Part shown: positions 38,377-51,679 of the stretch, piece after piece | How the letters are laid out: every line of letters begins with the position of its first letter | Position numbering within the stretch: the stretch's first letter is position 1 | From: Octopus sinensis | Lineage: Eukaryota | Assembly (NCBI RefSeq): GCF_006345805.1 | Contig: NC_043000.1 | Coordinates: 85,932,001-85,996,000, forward strand | DNA length: 64,000 bases | Direction: 5' to 3' | Translations under genes and position numbers: made by a program | Notes under the pieces: generated by a model | Database searches by the model: none | What the model was told of the DNA's origin: nothing | Seen by the model: only the letters and a program-made list of their open reading frames with translations

Positions 38377-38604
38377 CCCATTGAAAGTAAGGCATTTATG
38401 CTTTCATAAATATTATAGATAAGTATGAATTATTTATTTAATATATTCTCTGTAGTAAATTGCAAAAGTACTCTTTAAAGCCTTCATAATGGGTCTTGAG
38501 AGTTCTTCAGATTTCAGGATTTTTAGGAAGGTCATGACATTTACTGAATTGAATCAAATTTCTAAATAAAACACAGCGGCAGCAATAAGTATTAATAATG
38601 ATAA

Positions 38605-38821
38605 TGGTTTCATATTTTGCACAAGATTTGCTATTTTAGGGGTTGGTGGGTAAGTCAGTTACAGCAACTTCAGTGTTCTACTGATACATATTTTATCAAC
38701 CCCAAAAGGATGACAGGCAAATTGACCTCAGCAGAACTTGAACTCAAAAAAATATAAAGACTGACAAAATGCCACCAAGCATTTTGTTTGGCATGCTAAT
38801 GGTTCTATCAGCTTATTGCTT

Positions 38822-38853
<32 letters not shown>

Positions 38854-39865
38854 ATAATAATAAGAGTGTCTCAGCAAGTGATTGCAACAAATATGCAGGT
38901 TAAAAGTAAATAATAATAAACTTGTCCACGAAATTTTGGCACAAGGCCAGCAGTTTCAAGGGAACTGGTACTTTATTTTATCAACCATGAAAGGATGAAA
39001 AGCAAAGCTGACCTTGGCAGGATTTGAACTTAAAATGTTAGGAGTTAGAAGAAATGCTGCTTAGCATTTTGTTCAATGTTCAGATGTTTCTGCCAGCCCA
39101 CCTTCGTAATGATGCTGATAACTGATGATGATAATGCTGCTGCTGCTGATGATGATGAAGATGATGATAATTTTATGGGGTGGGCAAGTAACCAATAGCA
39201 TCAACCCTACTACTTGACTGGTACATAAGTTTATCAAACATGAAAGGATAAAAGACAAAGTTGACCATGGCAGTATTGGAACATAGAGCTTACAGATTTG
39301 GAAGAAATAACTCAATGAATTTTTTGTAATGTTCTAATGATTTTACCATCCATCATCCCAATGACGACGACGATGATGATGATAATTGTTTAAAATTTTG
39401 GCACAAGGCCAGCAAATTCAGGTGGAGAAAGTTAGTCGATTGCATCAGCTGAAGTACCTGACTAGTACTTTATTTTATCAACCTAGAAAGGATGAAAGAC
39501 AAAGTTGCCCTTAGTGAGATTTGGGCTCGGAATGTAAAAGAGTTGGAAGAAATACCATTAAGTGTTTTATCTGATGGGCTAATGATTCTTTCAACATTCT
39601 ACCATAATAATGATAATGATGATGTTGGTGATGAAAATAATGATGATTATAATAATAACAAAAATAACGGTTCTAAATTTTGACACAAGACCAGCAATTT
39701 CGGGTTTACATCAACCTCAGTGCTCAACTGGTACTTATTTCATTGACCCCCAAAAGATGAAAAACAAAGAATGTAAAGAAGGATGAAATACCACTAAGCA
39801 TTTTGCCTGGCATGCTAACAATTCTGCCAGCTCACCACCTTAATAATAATAAAAATAAAAATAAA

Positions 39866-39912
<47 letters not shown>

Positions 39913-40991
39913 TGATGATGATGATGATGATATCCATGTAGCCATAACAGAAACTGCTGGAAAAAATAATTGGGATTGGTTGATGAAAGGAACCTTAAAA
40001 AAAGAGACTGAGAGCACTATACTGGCAGTGCAGGACCAAGCGCTGGCCATGAACTGGAGGATCAACCTGAAGAATGAGCAAGTATCTGCGCTGTGTCACA
40101 TCTGCAATAGAATGGATGAAGCCATTGCCCATATAACAAAGGAATGCCCTAGACTTGCCCCAAACCACTACAAGTTGTGGTAACATGACCATGTAGTGAA
40201 AGTGCTTCACTGGAAACTATGCAAAAAGTGGGGGGCTAAATAGAGACAAGACGTGGTGTGAGCACAAACTGTAGAGAGCGGAAGAGTCAGAGATTAGCAA
40301 AATCCTCTGGGATTTCCCGATCCAAACAGATCAGGTGCTAGAGCATAACAAGACTGGATCTAGTGGTGGTGGACAAGGTGCACTTCAAATGCTACAAAGT
40401 TGATGTTGCATGCCCCTTTGACCTACGAATAGTCAAGAAGGAAAGTGAAGAGATAGATAGATACAACCCTCTTAAGTATGAAATAGCCTGGCTATGGAAA
40501 ATGAAGAAGGTGAAGATAGTGCCAATTATTGTTGAGTCCAAGGGAACAGTATCAAAAGGCATCAAGAGGAATATAAAGGAAATTGGAATAGAGTGCCTTG
40601 TAGAACTGTTACAAAAGGTTTGCCTCCTTGGCATGGCCTGAATAATCAGGTAAGTATTAGATAGCTGAAAAGAATGAATAGCATGGTACTGTAGGCTGCA
40701 GATAGTAAGTCTACTATACATGCAAGACTCCATAAGCTCCAACAAAATCTGTGATAAAAAGAAAACAATATTGACAACAACAATAATCCTTTCTACTGGA
40801 GGCACAAGGTCTCAAATTTGGTGGGAGATCCTACATCGATCCTAGTGCTTCACTGGTTCTTAATTTATTGGCCCCAAAAGAATGAAAGGCAAAGCCAACC
40901 TCGGTGGAATTTGAACTCAGAATGGAGCGATGGGCAAAATACTGCTAAGCATTTCATCCAGCATGCTGATGATTCTGTCAGCTTGCCACCT
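38605..40991 (-). mobile_element. Cluster of six same-orientation family D SINEs
   Basis: Copies at about 38605-38822, 38930-39105, 39175-39350, 39385-39603, 39668-39840 and 40788-40991, separated by AAT/GAT/AGT tracts. Confidence 0.8.
39930..40785 (+). mobile_element. 5'-truncated RLE-type LINE (R4/Dong-like): CCHC finger plus restriction-like endonuclease
   Basis: WLMKGTLKKETESTILAVQDQAL; CHICNRMDEAIAHITKEC; KILWDFPIQTD; VDVACPFD...KESEEIDRYNPLKYEI. Confidence 0.85.
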
Positions 40992-41527
40992 TAATAATAA
41001 TAATGATCATAATAATAATAATATACTGATAATCATTTTACTTCACTTGTTTCAGTGTTGCTTATAAAATTTATCAAAGTAATGTTAAATACAAGATTAA
41101 TTAAAAAAATACAACTCTTCTAAGTAATTAAGCATTATTTGGAACAAGCACAATTTGTTTGATTTTTTCTTCCAGACAAGAAACAGCTGTATCATCATCC
41201 GCAACTCTTCCTGAATATGCAGCTGTTATTTATAATTATCACTTAATGAATTGGGGAGATTCCTGGGATCTCTATTTATTTCAGTCTACTCTAATATATT
41301 GTGATTAATTAATTTTTTCTTCTTGGCTTATTTGTAATCAATTACCTTTAAGTTTGCTAGTGATAAGGAGGATGGTATTTTATTAAAAATAATATTGGTG
41401 TCAGTAGGGTTGTGTGGTTAAAGTAGTTACTTTACAATCACATGGGCAAGGGTCTTCTGTAAATAGTCCTAGTCTAACATTGCGTTTTGAATGAGTATGG
41501 TAGGTGAAGACTGTGGAGGCTTGTTTT

Positions 41528-41874
41528 GCATACATTCATACACACATACATACACACATACATACAACATACATACATACATACATACATACATACATAC
41601 ATACATACATACATACATGCATACATACATACATACATAAGAGAACTAAGGATAAACACAAGTTTATATTATAGTTCCTATTTGTGTTTAACTGTTATAG
41701 TTGTTTGGAGCCCTGCAATAGGTATTGTAAGTGCACTTAGATGTTCAACCACAATGGATCATCAGGGAACACTTAATTGCCTTAAGATAAAGATAACTAC
41801 ACACACACGCACACACACACACACAACACACAAACAAATATATATATTTACATACATGCATAATATACATGTGT

Positions 41875-41954
<80 letters not shown>

Positions 41955-42038
41955 CATATACATATGTATACACACACATACGTATATATTTATATATGTG
42001 TATATGAATGTATGTGCATGAATATATGTATATATATA
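41528..42038. repeat. (CATA)n, (CA)n and (TA)n microsatellite block
   Basis: Direct reading. Confidence 0.9.
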
Positions 42039-42918
42039 TTGGGTCATTCCATAAATAATGTGTTTTTTTTCAATTGCATGAACTAAAAGTTGGAAGGGGA
42101 TGGGACAAACTACCTGCATCAACTTACTATAAAAACAGGTAGTAATTTTCCCTTTTACTTATATTTAGTGCAAGTTTTGAAGAGTGCAGTTCGATTTTAG
42201 CAGTTATTTTTTCAAAGCTATAATGGAAATGACAAAGAGTATATTTGACATATTTTGCTTTATGGGTTCAATAAAGCAATGGAAAGTGCAAGGAATATTA
42301 ATGCAGTATTTGGGGATTGGACAATAAGTGTAAGCCACTATCAACGGTGGTTTCAGAAATTCCAAGCCGGAAACTACAGTCTAGAAGATGAGCCTCATCC
42401 TGGAAGATCTGTAGAGCTTGATGAGGACATCCTGCAAACTCTGGTGGAACAAAATCCCAGTGTAACTGTTGAGGAACTAGCAGAGAAGCTTGGATTTGGT
42501 CATTCAATAATTCATCAACACCTGCGTGCTGTCAGAAAAGTCAGCAAATTGGGTCAATGGGTTCCTCGCAAACTTTCTGAGTTTAATTGCATGCAGAGAG
42601 TGAATGTGTACTCTTCTTTGCTGTCACGTCTCACAAATGAGCCTTTTTTTGGACCAAATAGTGACTGCTGATGTGAAATGGGTTCTCTATAAAAATGTCA
42701 AGCATGAAAGACAGTGGGTAGGGAAAGGAGAAACACTGGAACCCCAGGCTAAAGAAGGTCTTCACCCATGTAAGGTGTTGTTACTTGTTTCTGGGATATG
42801 AAAGGTTTAGTCCACTTTGAAATTTTAAACTCAAACCAAATGATAACAAAAGTGATCTACTGTGAGCAGCTTGAGCAGCTTAAGTCAGTGCTAGAAGAAA
42901 AACGACCATTTTTGGTTT
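42039..42918 (+). mobile_element. Mariner family 1, 5' part (left TIR plus transposase N-terminal two-thirds), pseudogenised
   Basis: TA|TTGGGTCATTCCATAAATAATG TIR; WFQKFQAGNYSLEDEPHPGR, WVPRKL (WVPHEL motif), IVTADVKWVLY; lacks the second and third catalytic Asp and the right TIR. Confidence 0.9.
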
Positions 42919-43336
42919 TAATTTTTTATTCCACAACGTATTTGTTGTGGCTTCATGCAGGCATAGCATGGATTCGATCCTTGATTGTCAAATTTCATTT
43001 AACACTTCAACAGCGCTTTTCTCATGGTAAAACAATAGTTTTTCTGTGAATGACAGCAGTTATACATTTTTCAGATGTCTTCGCTAAGCAGACTAATGTC
43101 TTTGCCTCCCGCCAACCTCTTTCACCAACCTCCAACAATCTCTCTCGCCAACCTCCGAAAACCTCTCTCACCAAACTCCAACAATCTCTCCCTCCGCTGA
43201 CAGTTTTTTGTACTTTTTGGTGAAGGAAGATGCACCTTTTGTGGCAGTTATAATGAAATTGCTTTCTTATATCAGAGTAATAAGGTGTTTCAATAGAACA
43301 TCTTTACCTTCAGGGATTACCAGGTACACTAGCTAG
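42919..43336 (+). mobile_element. Helitron-like non-autonomous 3' fragment with internal C-rich short repeats
   Basis: Ends CAGGGATTACCAGGTACACTAGCTAGT (decayed hairpin plus CTAG), similar to 53270-53300. Confidence 0.4.
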
Positions 43337-43344
43337 TATATATA

Positions 43345-43407
<63 letters not shown>

Positions 43408-44139
43408 CATATATGTAGATGTGTGTATGTGTTTGTTCTTACACTGTTTGACAATCAATGCTCATATTCCCATAACTTAGTGGTTAGGCAAAAATAGTTC
43501 AATAGAATAAGTACCAGACTTTAAAAATTTGTACAAGTGGTCGATTTGCTTAATTAATCCTTGAAGGCAGAGCATCAGCAAGGCCACAGTCCAAAGACTG
43601 AGTCAAGTAAAAGAGTTAAATTGTATCTATTTAAAACAATGAAAATACATAAATAGACATATTCATATGTATTCATCTTATATACATATTATTAATGCTA
43701 TACTAACAACATTGCATATATACAATATACACAGTGATGTGATCAGCTACAAAGTTAATCATTTTGAGACTAATTGGATTAATAAATAGACTGGCTAACA
43801 TTTTTATAATTGATTTTTCACTATAATGATGACTATGGAATGATCAAGTAAAATATCTCTAACCTTATATATTAACTAGAGTGTTACCTGTCATATACTG
43901 GGTAACTTTGGAAGTATATTTTGCTACCATAGGTAACATTGGAAAATATAGCATACATACAATAATTATCAATTAACTTTTACCAAATTTCTTGGTGCTT
44001 ATACAAAATCATGAAATGAATACCAATTTTGAAAAGAAAAATATTTATTACCTTAAAATATAATTAAATAAAACAAATTTCTCATTTGTATATTTGCAAC
44101 AGACATACATTTATCCAAAATAAATCATATCCATTAATT

Positions 44140-45185
44140 CCACCAGTTGGATTTAAAGACTAAATCAAATGTAATCTACATTGTCAATATTGTCTAAAAC
44201 AAAACATGTTCAGTATTTCTGCTGTTTGGCTTGAAAGACCAAAATAGCTGTTATTTATATTTTCAAGATTGTCCAAAACAAAACATGTCCAGTACTTCAA
44301 ACTGATCTCTTTAAAGACCAAATCCACTGTATCCTACATTGTTGAAAATAAAACATGCCTGTTACTTTCAGTAGTTGACTTTAAAGACCAAATTCTATAT
44401 CATCTACATTGTCAACATTGTCCAAAACCATACATATATCTATTACTTCTACTCTACTCATTGGCTTTAAAGATCAAACCGACCACATTATACATTATCA
44501 ACTTTGTCCAAGTCAAAACATGTCCAGTAGTTCAACCAGTTGTCTATAAAGACCAAAGGCACTGTAATCTACATGGTCAAAATTATCTGTATGCAATGCA
44601 TGTAATTGTATGTAATGTATACCAGATATGTATTACTTCTACTAGTTGTCTTTAAAGATGAAAATCACTGTAACCTACATCATCAAAAGCAAAACATTAT
44701 CCAAAACAAAACACATCTGTTACTTCCACCATTTGTTTTGTAAGATGAAGATTGCTAATATCTACATTGTTGATGTTGTCACCCACCTACCCACCCAAGA
44801 AAAACAACCAAGCATGCAAACAAACATATTTTTCCATCTATTGGCTTTAAACATCATTTCACTGTAATCTACATTGCTGATATTGTCCAAAACCAAACAT
44901 GTCCATTACTTCGAATAGTTTGCTCTAAAACCAAGTCCTCTTGTATCCATTGTTAACAGTGTCCAAAGTAAAACATGTTGGCTTTAAAACAAAATTCACC
45001 GCAATCTACAAAGTTGATACTGTCCAAAACCAATTGAGTGTATTTTTTCCACTAATTGTCTTTAAAGACCCAATCTACTGTAATGTACATATTTAAAAAT
45101 GTCTCCAATAGAACATGTCTGTTACTTCCATGAGTTGTTAAAACACAAATCCATTGTAATTTACAGTATCAGTTGATACTGTCCA
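44140..45185. repeat. ~79-bp diverged minisatellite, about 13 units
   Basis: TTGTCCAAAACAAAACATGTC...TTGGCTTTAAAGACCAAATCCACTGTAATCTACATTG recurs. Confidence 0.85.
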
Positions 45186-45265
45186 TGAACTTGAATCAGT
45201 TGATTTGATTAGAGTTATCTACTTTGTATCTTGTTTTTAGATGTGGAACAGCCACCTTACACATT

Positions 45266-45695
45266 CTTTTTCTTTTACTTGTTTCAGTCATTTGACTGTG
45301 GCCATGCTGGAGCACCATCTCGAAAGGTTTTAGTTGAACAAATTAGCCCTAGGACTTATTTTTTAAACCTAGTGCTTATTCTATCAGTCTCTTTTGTGAA
45401 CTGCTAAATTACAGGGATGTAAACACATCAATACCAGTTGTCAAGCAGTGATGGGTGGGGGGATAACAACAAACACAGACACAAAGACACACACACACAT
45501 AGATACAGACATATATATATATATATATATCTATGACAAGCTTCTTTCAGTTTTCGTCTACCATATCCACTCACAAAGCTTTGGTTGGCCTGAGGCTATA
45601 GTAGAAGACACTTGCCCAAGGTGCTATGCAGTGGGACAGAATCTGGAGCCATGTGGTTGGGAAGCAAGCTTCTTACCACACAGCCACGCTTGTGC
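45266..45695 (-). mobile_element. SINE family A, full length
   Basis: End-to-end homology with 27019-27427. Confidence 0.9.
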
Positions 45696-46261
45696 TTATA
45701 TTCAAATTTTTACCTGCTAATTGCTTGGATATTCTTACTTGATTAACAGCTTTCAACTTATGTAACATACATGAAACCCTAACATATTTATAAAGTGGAA
45801 TACTTAGTGGGTATGTAATCATATTCTTCATAAATTCTATAGTCTTTCACTATTTTAGTTAAATATATAGGCTGTAAACATCTGCATACAAGTTGGCCAG
45901 CATCAACCAGATATAAATTTTTTACATGATCAAGTTTATTTCAATGTAAACATCGTAACTTGACTTTAGAAATGGCTAAATTATATACAAAAGGCATGAC
46001 TCTTAACACTTGTAGAGATCCCTGTTGCTATTGCCTCTTCTCTTTATTCAGCTTCCAACATCATGTAACAGCTGTTTTACCCTACTAACATAAGTTCCAC
46101 ATATTTACTTGGCAACGTCCTTTCATAGCTATTTACAGCCATTCCATGTGTGTATATGTAGCAATATATAAAACAAAAGCCCATAAGACGTTTTATAAAC
46201 AGAGATATGGAAAAATAAAATAAAAACAAGAACCAGTGAAAGAATATAATTCTTCTGCTAT

Positions 46262-46657
46262 TCTTTTACTTCTTTCAGTTATTTGACTGCGGTCATGCTG
46301 GAGCACTGCTTTAAAAGGTTTTAGTCAAAGAAATTGACCTTAGGACTTATTCTTTGTAAGCCTAGTACTTATTCTATCATTCCCTTTTGCTGAACTGCTA
46401 AGTTACAGGGACCTAAACACACCAGTATCACTTGTGAGGTACAAAGACAGATGCACACACACACAAATATATACATATATATATGATGGGTTTCTTTCAG
46501 TTTCTGTTTACCAAATCCACTCACAAGGCTTTGGTCAGCTTGTGGCTATAGTAAAAGACACTTGCCCAAGATGCCATGCAGTGGCATCAGAACCACATGG
46601 TTCTGAACCCAGAACCATGTGGTTGGGAAGCAAACTTCTTGCCACACAGCCATGCCT
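46262..46657 (-). mobile_element. SINE family A, full length
   Basis: End-to-end homology with 27019-27427. Confidence 0.88.
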
Positions 46658-47467
46658 ATTGGTGAATAAATAGGAGGAAGTTCATTGTACCAGGAGAAAT
46701 TAGTTACAATAACTGATTTTCTATGTTTGAGAATATATTTTTCTATGAAAATTTCATAATGAATGAAATTAGGAATCTGAAATAGGGCTATACAGTAATA
46801 AATTGTCTGTAAATTCAACAGGAAATTTCTTTACTAAAATTAAAAAGAAAGAAAGAATAAAAGAAAAGAAGAAAGAAAGGACTAGTGTATTTATAATTTA
46901 GAATTTCAGGCACATTTTGAAATTTAATGGATCATAAAAATGGCTTTGAGTTAAAGATATATTTTAAGGAAGAACTGGGGCGTTATGATGAGGAATATAT
47001 AATGTGACATGTGTTACCAAATTTCAAGTCCTCACAGAAACATTAAAAATGGTACAGAATTACATTTTTGTAGCTTTTTATTTATTTATTCATTTATTTA
47101 TTTTATAGAATGTAATTATTAGACTTATCAACTAACACGATGACATGGTGTTTATTTTCAGAAACATTACAAGAGCTGTAGTGCTAATGGCAGAAATGAC
47201 ACTACTGATTATGAATAATATAGTTGTTATTTTGACATCATTTTTATTTTCGTATAGAAACATGGCATTTATTTTCTTGGAAACATCCTGAAACATATTC
47301 ACATAAATCTAATTATAATGAACTTTGGTGGTAATTATGCACAGACATCACTTGATTCATTTTAAAAAGAAAATCTTTCCATCTATAAAAAAAATGAGTA
47401 AATGGAAATAAACTGACAGAAAGAGAATATCAATATATGTGTTTTATTTAGGTGCACATACACATGC

Positions 47468-47526
<59 letters not shown>

Positions 47527-47637
47527 TATATATATATATATATCTGCATGTGTATATATATATATATATATATATGGAGAGAGAGAAAGAGAGAGATAGA
47601 AAGGGAGGGTAAGAAGTGTGTGTGTGTGTGTGTGTAT

Positions 47638-47786
47638 AGGCATGTATGGCTGTGTAGTAAGAAGTTTGCTTCCCAACCACATGGTTCTGAGTTTAGTCCC
47701 ACCTTTAGCAAGTGTTTTCTACTATAGCCTTGGGCTGACGAAAGCCTTGTGAGTGGATTTGGTCGATGGAAACTGAAATAAGTCTG

Positions 47787-47834
<48 letters not shown>

Positions 47835-48700
47835 TGATAAACCATATGGTATATACCTGGTAGCTTACTGGTAAAGCACATTCACTTTCATAGTGTTTGT
47901 TGTGTAATTGGTTAATATGTTAATAGACTGCAGCCATGCTGAGGCACCACTTTGAAGAATTTTTAGTTGAATGAATCGACCCCAGTAATTATTTATTTTT
48001 AAGCCTGGTACTTATTCTATTGGTCTCTTTTACCAAAGAGCTAAGTTACAGGGACATAAACACACCAATAGCAGTTGTCAAGCAGTGGTGGGGGACAAAC
48101 ACACACACATACACACACCTATGTATGTACATGACAGGCTTCATTCTGTTTCCATCTATCAAATACACTCACAAGGTTTTGTTTGATCTGAGGTTATAGT
48201 AGAAGACACTTGCCCAAGCTGCCATGCAGCAGGACTAAACCTGGAACCATGTGGCTGGGAAGCAAGCTTCTTACCACACACACACACACATACCAGGCAT
48301 GGCTATAAGCACAGGCAAAGCTGTGTGGTAAGAAGTTTGCTTCTCAACAATATGATTCTGGGTTCAGTTCTGCTGCATGGCACCTTGAGCAAGTGTCTTC
48401 TATAGTCTCAGGCCAACTAATGCCTTGTGTGAATTTGGCAAGCAGAAACTGAAAGAAGCTCATTGCATGTGTGTGTGTGTGTGTGTGTGTGTTTGTCTTT
48501 GTTTCCTACCAATGTTTGACAACTGCTGTTGGTGTGTTTACATCCCTGTGACTCAGTAGCTTAGCAAAAGAGACGATTGAATAAGTACCAACATATAAGT
48601 ACCAATATGAGTACTGGGATTGATTCATTTGACTAAAATTCCTCAAGGTAGTGCCCCAGCATGGCCACAGTGTAATGACTGAAACAAGTAAAGGATAAAA
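47638..48700. mobile_element. Three family A SINEs in alternating orientation (+47638-47790, -47925-48280, +48312-48700)
   Basis: Family motifs on alternate strands. Confidence 0.85.
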
Positions 48701-48793
48701 GATATGTATAGTGTATATGTGAGTGTGTGCATGTGAGAGAGAGAGAGGGGAATGAAATACATACAGAGATTAGAGATGTATGTATATACATAT

Positions 48794-48797
<4 letters not shown>

Positions 48798-48845
<48 letters not shown>

Positions 48846-48846
48846 A
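48798..48846. repeat. (AG)n microsatellite
   Basis: Direct reading. Confidence 0.97.
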
Positions 48847-50079
48847 AGGAAGGGGTGAATGAAATAGATACATAGAGAGAAACAGATACCCCGGATAGAG
48901 TAGATTTATGTGTACCTATATACATGTAAAACAACATGGATTTCTGTGTTGGTTTATGGTTACTTTGAATCAGAGATAAGGAAAGTGCAATCTTAAACCC
49001 CAATGTACCTTGAAATGTGTATAACACACACACACATTACTATTTCACATCATTTTACACTGTTAAAAAGAGTGGGGTGATCATTTTGTTAGCATAATTG
49101 TTTTTCTTTTTAGTACACCATCCTTTCTAGAAATAGTCGCTAAATGATTAAGGAAGTGTAGGATATCCTTTTTTATCAGTCAAGTTGGAGGACACAAAAG
49201 AGTTATGTGCCTTATTTGGAGTATGACCCTGCTTAGTAGCTGGAGTAAGATTTGAAAGTATGACTATGTTGTCAGTTTAGTTAAGTGTGGACTAAAACAT
49301 TAAGTGTAATGAACCCTAATTTTTTTTTTCTGTGAATTGAAATTCCATTCACAATAAAGAAAAAGAAACATAATTAGAGATAATGACACCTTTTGTCTGA
49401 AAGAACAAGGGAAATAAACTCTGAAAATGAACTTGATTGAAAATGAAATGGAGAATGGGAGATAGAGGCAATGAGGAATGAGTGTGATGTTTGGTAGTCA
49501 AAGTGATAACTTCAGACATGCTTCAGTGTTATTAGACCTTCTCAGTGAAGCTGCTACAACAATAACTACCAGATTTTAGAGTGACTTTGAGCAAATATAG
49601 TTGAAGTTGTGTAAAAATTAGTCAATGTAAAAGCAATTTAAAATAATGACATTCAAAAATTTCCTTGGGATGCCTTCTGCATATAGAATATATAGTTAAG
49701 TGTGGCTTAAAATGCTAAATAGGATGTTAAAGGGATGATAATGATAGTGATGATGACAACAACAATGATGATGACGATCTGTAATTCACTTTCATTGTTT
49801 TTTGTAGAAAATAAATTTCCAATGAGAGTTTCTGGACTTTCACTCAACACTCTTGGGTTTCATTATTCCACCTCACCATCTCTTTTTCTCTTTGTCACTT
49901 TTTCCTTTGTGAATTCCAACTTGGTTGGGCAACCAATATTTGATATTTACTAGATCATATTGTAAAGATGCTAGTAAGTAAGCAAATGAGATGGGAGAAA
50001 TATTGATGCATTCACTTTTATCTTTCCAAAAGACAGTAAATTTTGAATTCTGGAATGAGCATTTGGTAGTAAAGAACTG

Positions 50080-50150
50080 TAAGAATTACATCAATAAATA
50101 ATCCTAGAATCCACTATAAGAGTTACATCAATAAATAATCCTAGAATCCA
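50080..50150. repeat. 37-bp tandem duplication
   Basis: TTACATCAATAAATAATCCTAGAATCCA occurs twice. Confidence 0.9.
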
Positions 50151-51169
50151 TGTGAGATATTGGCTGTTTCTGAGATACACTGGCCAAACAATGGCAAATC
50201 TGAAATATCAGATAATGTAATAATTCTAAAGAATAGAAGAGGGAATATTATCTGTTATAGAGTTTTTGGAGTCATATATTGCTATCATAGATTTTATTTA
50301 ACATATGAGAATTGGTTTTGCATCTTAAAGGTTGTAGTAAATAAATTGAGGTCATCAAAGATTATGAACCTATAGATGAATAAGAAATATTTAAGAAGGG
50401 TTTTATATTTCTAAGGACTCATCCAAATATGTTGAACAGTACTGATGACATGACATGGCAATAGCAATTAAGGATTTCAATTGTAAAGATGATAAGGACA
50501 AAGGCTGACAAAGAGAAAGTGCTGTTATGGTACATGTAGAGCTCTAAGAATTGCAAAGAATAAGAGCAACAAAATGATTGAGTTTGTACCAAAGGACACC
50601 ATGTTTAGATTGTGAGTGTTTTATCCTATATAAGTTCTATTTCATGGATATTTTTTGTATTTGTTTTAGCTGTTACAACACTACTTGCATCACATGTAAA
50701 TGACATGACAATTATCAACAATGCAGTTTCTATTTGAGAATGACAATTATTATTATTGTTCTTTTTCTTAAACTTGAAATAATCTAATTAGAGACTGTCA
50801 CAAAAAACAGCAACACATATTCATAAATGACTTTTTAACTATGCTATGTATGCTTAAGAGAATATTTTTAAATATTTGTTAATGTTTCAAAGAAGCAGTT
50901 TAAACATCCAACTAAATTATAAACAAATGTTTTCTGCAGTCAAAACTAATAACCTTAAAAATGTTAAAATTAGAAATAGGCCAAATGATGAACTACATTG
51001 CTAACAATTGGTTCATATACAAAAACTGCTTGGAAAGTGGCTTTTATATATATATATATTTGCTTTTGTGTGTGTGTGTGTGTGTATTTAAACAGAGTCA
51101 GGTGGTTTCATAGTTGAACATTTATTTATTTAACCAAGTGATTTCTATAGGATTATGTTTATATATGTG

Positions 51170-51257
<88 letters not shown>

Positions 51258-51289
51258 TATACACACACATACATGCATGCATGCATACA

Positions 51290-51324
<35 letters not shown>

Positions 51325-51384
51325 TGTAGTGTATGCAGGTTGAAGGCTATTGTATGTTTATGAGTTCTGCCAAATGCGAGCTTT

Positions 51385-51679
51385 CTTTTCAGGTACATGA
51401 CACTGCTGTCCCCCATCCCAGGATCTCACGGGCCCACACCTCTTACACTCTCAGAGTTGACACACTTAATGTTCACTTAAAGTTGGCACACTGAAATGTA
51501 GGTCTAGTGAGATTGTAGAGATGCTTGAATGGAGACATATAGATTTGTGCTGCATCCAAGAAGTAAGGTGGAGAGGAAGTTCTGCTAGGTTCCACACAGG
51601 CAAAGAACATAGGTGTAAAATTTTCTGGGCATGGAACACTGATGGTGTCGGGGGGTGTGGGTATACTTCTTGTGGAGAA
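51385..51679 (+). mobile_element. RTE-clade LINE 5' fragment (APE endonuclease N-terminus)
   Basis: SSEIVEMLEWRHIDLCCIQEVRWRGSSARF...KIFW..NTDGVGG. Confidence 0.85.

Noticed and set aside
44140-45185. CRISPR array or coding repeat (ORF 44269-44655)
   Set aside because: Whole units are homologous with no unique spacers, and indels break the frame
50150-50230. ILAVSEIHWPNNGK, resembling an APE endonuclease motif
   Set aside because: Too short and isolated to call as a LINE feature
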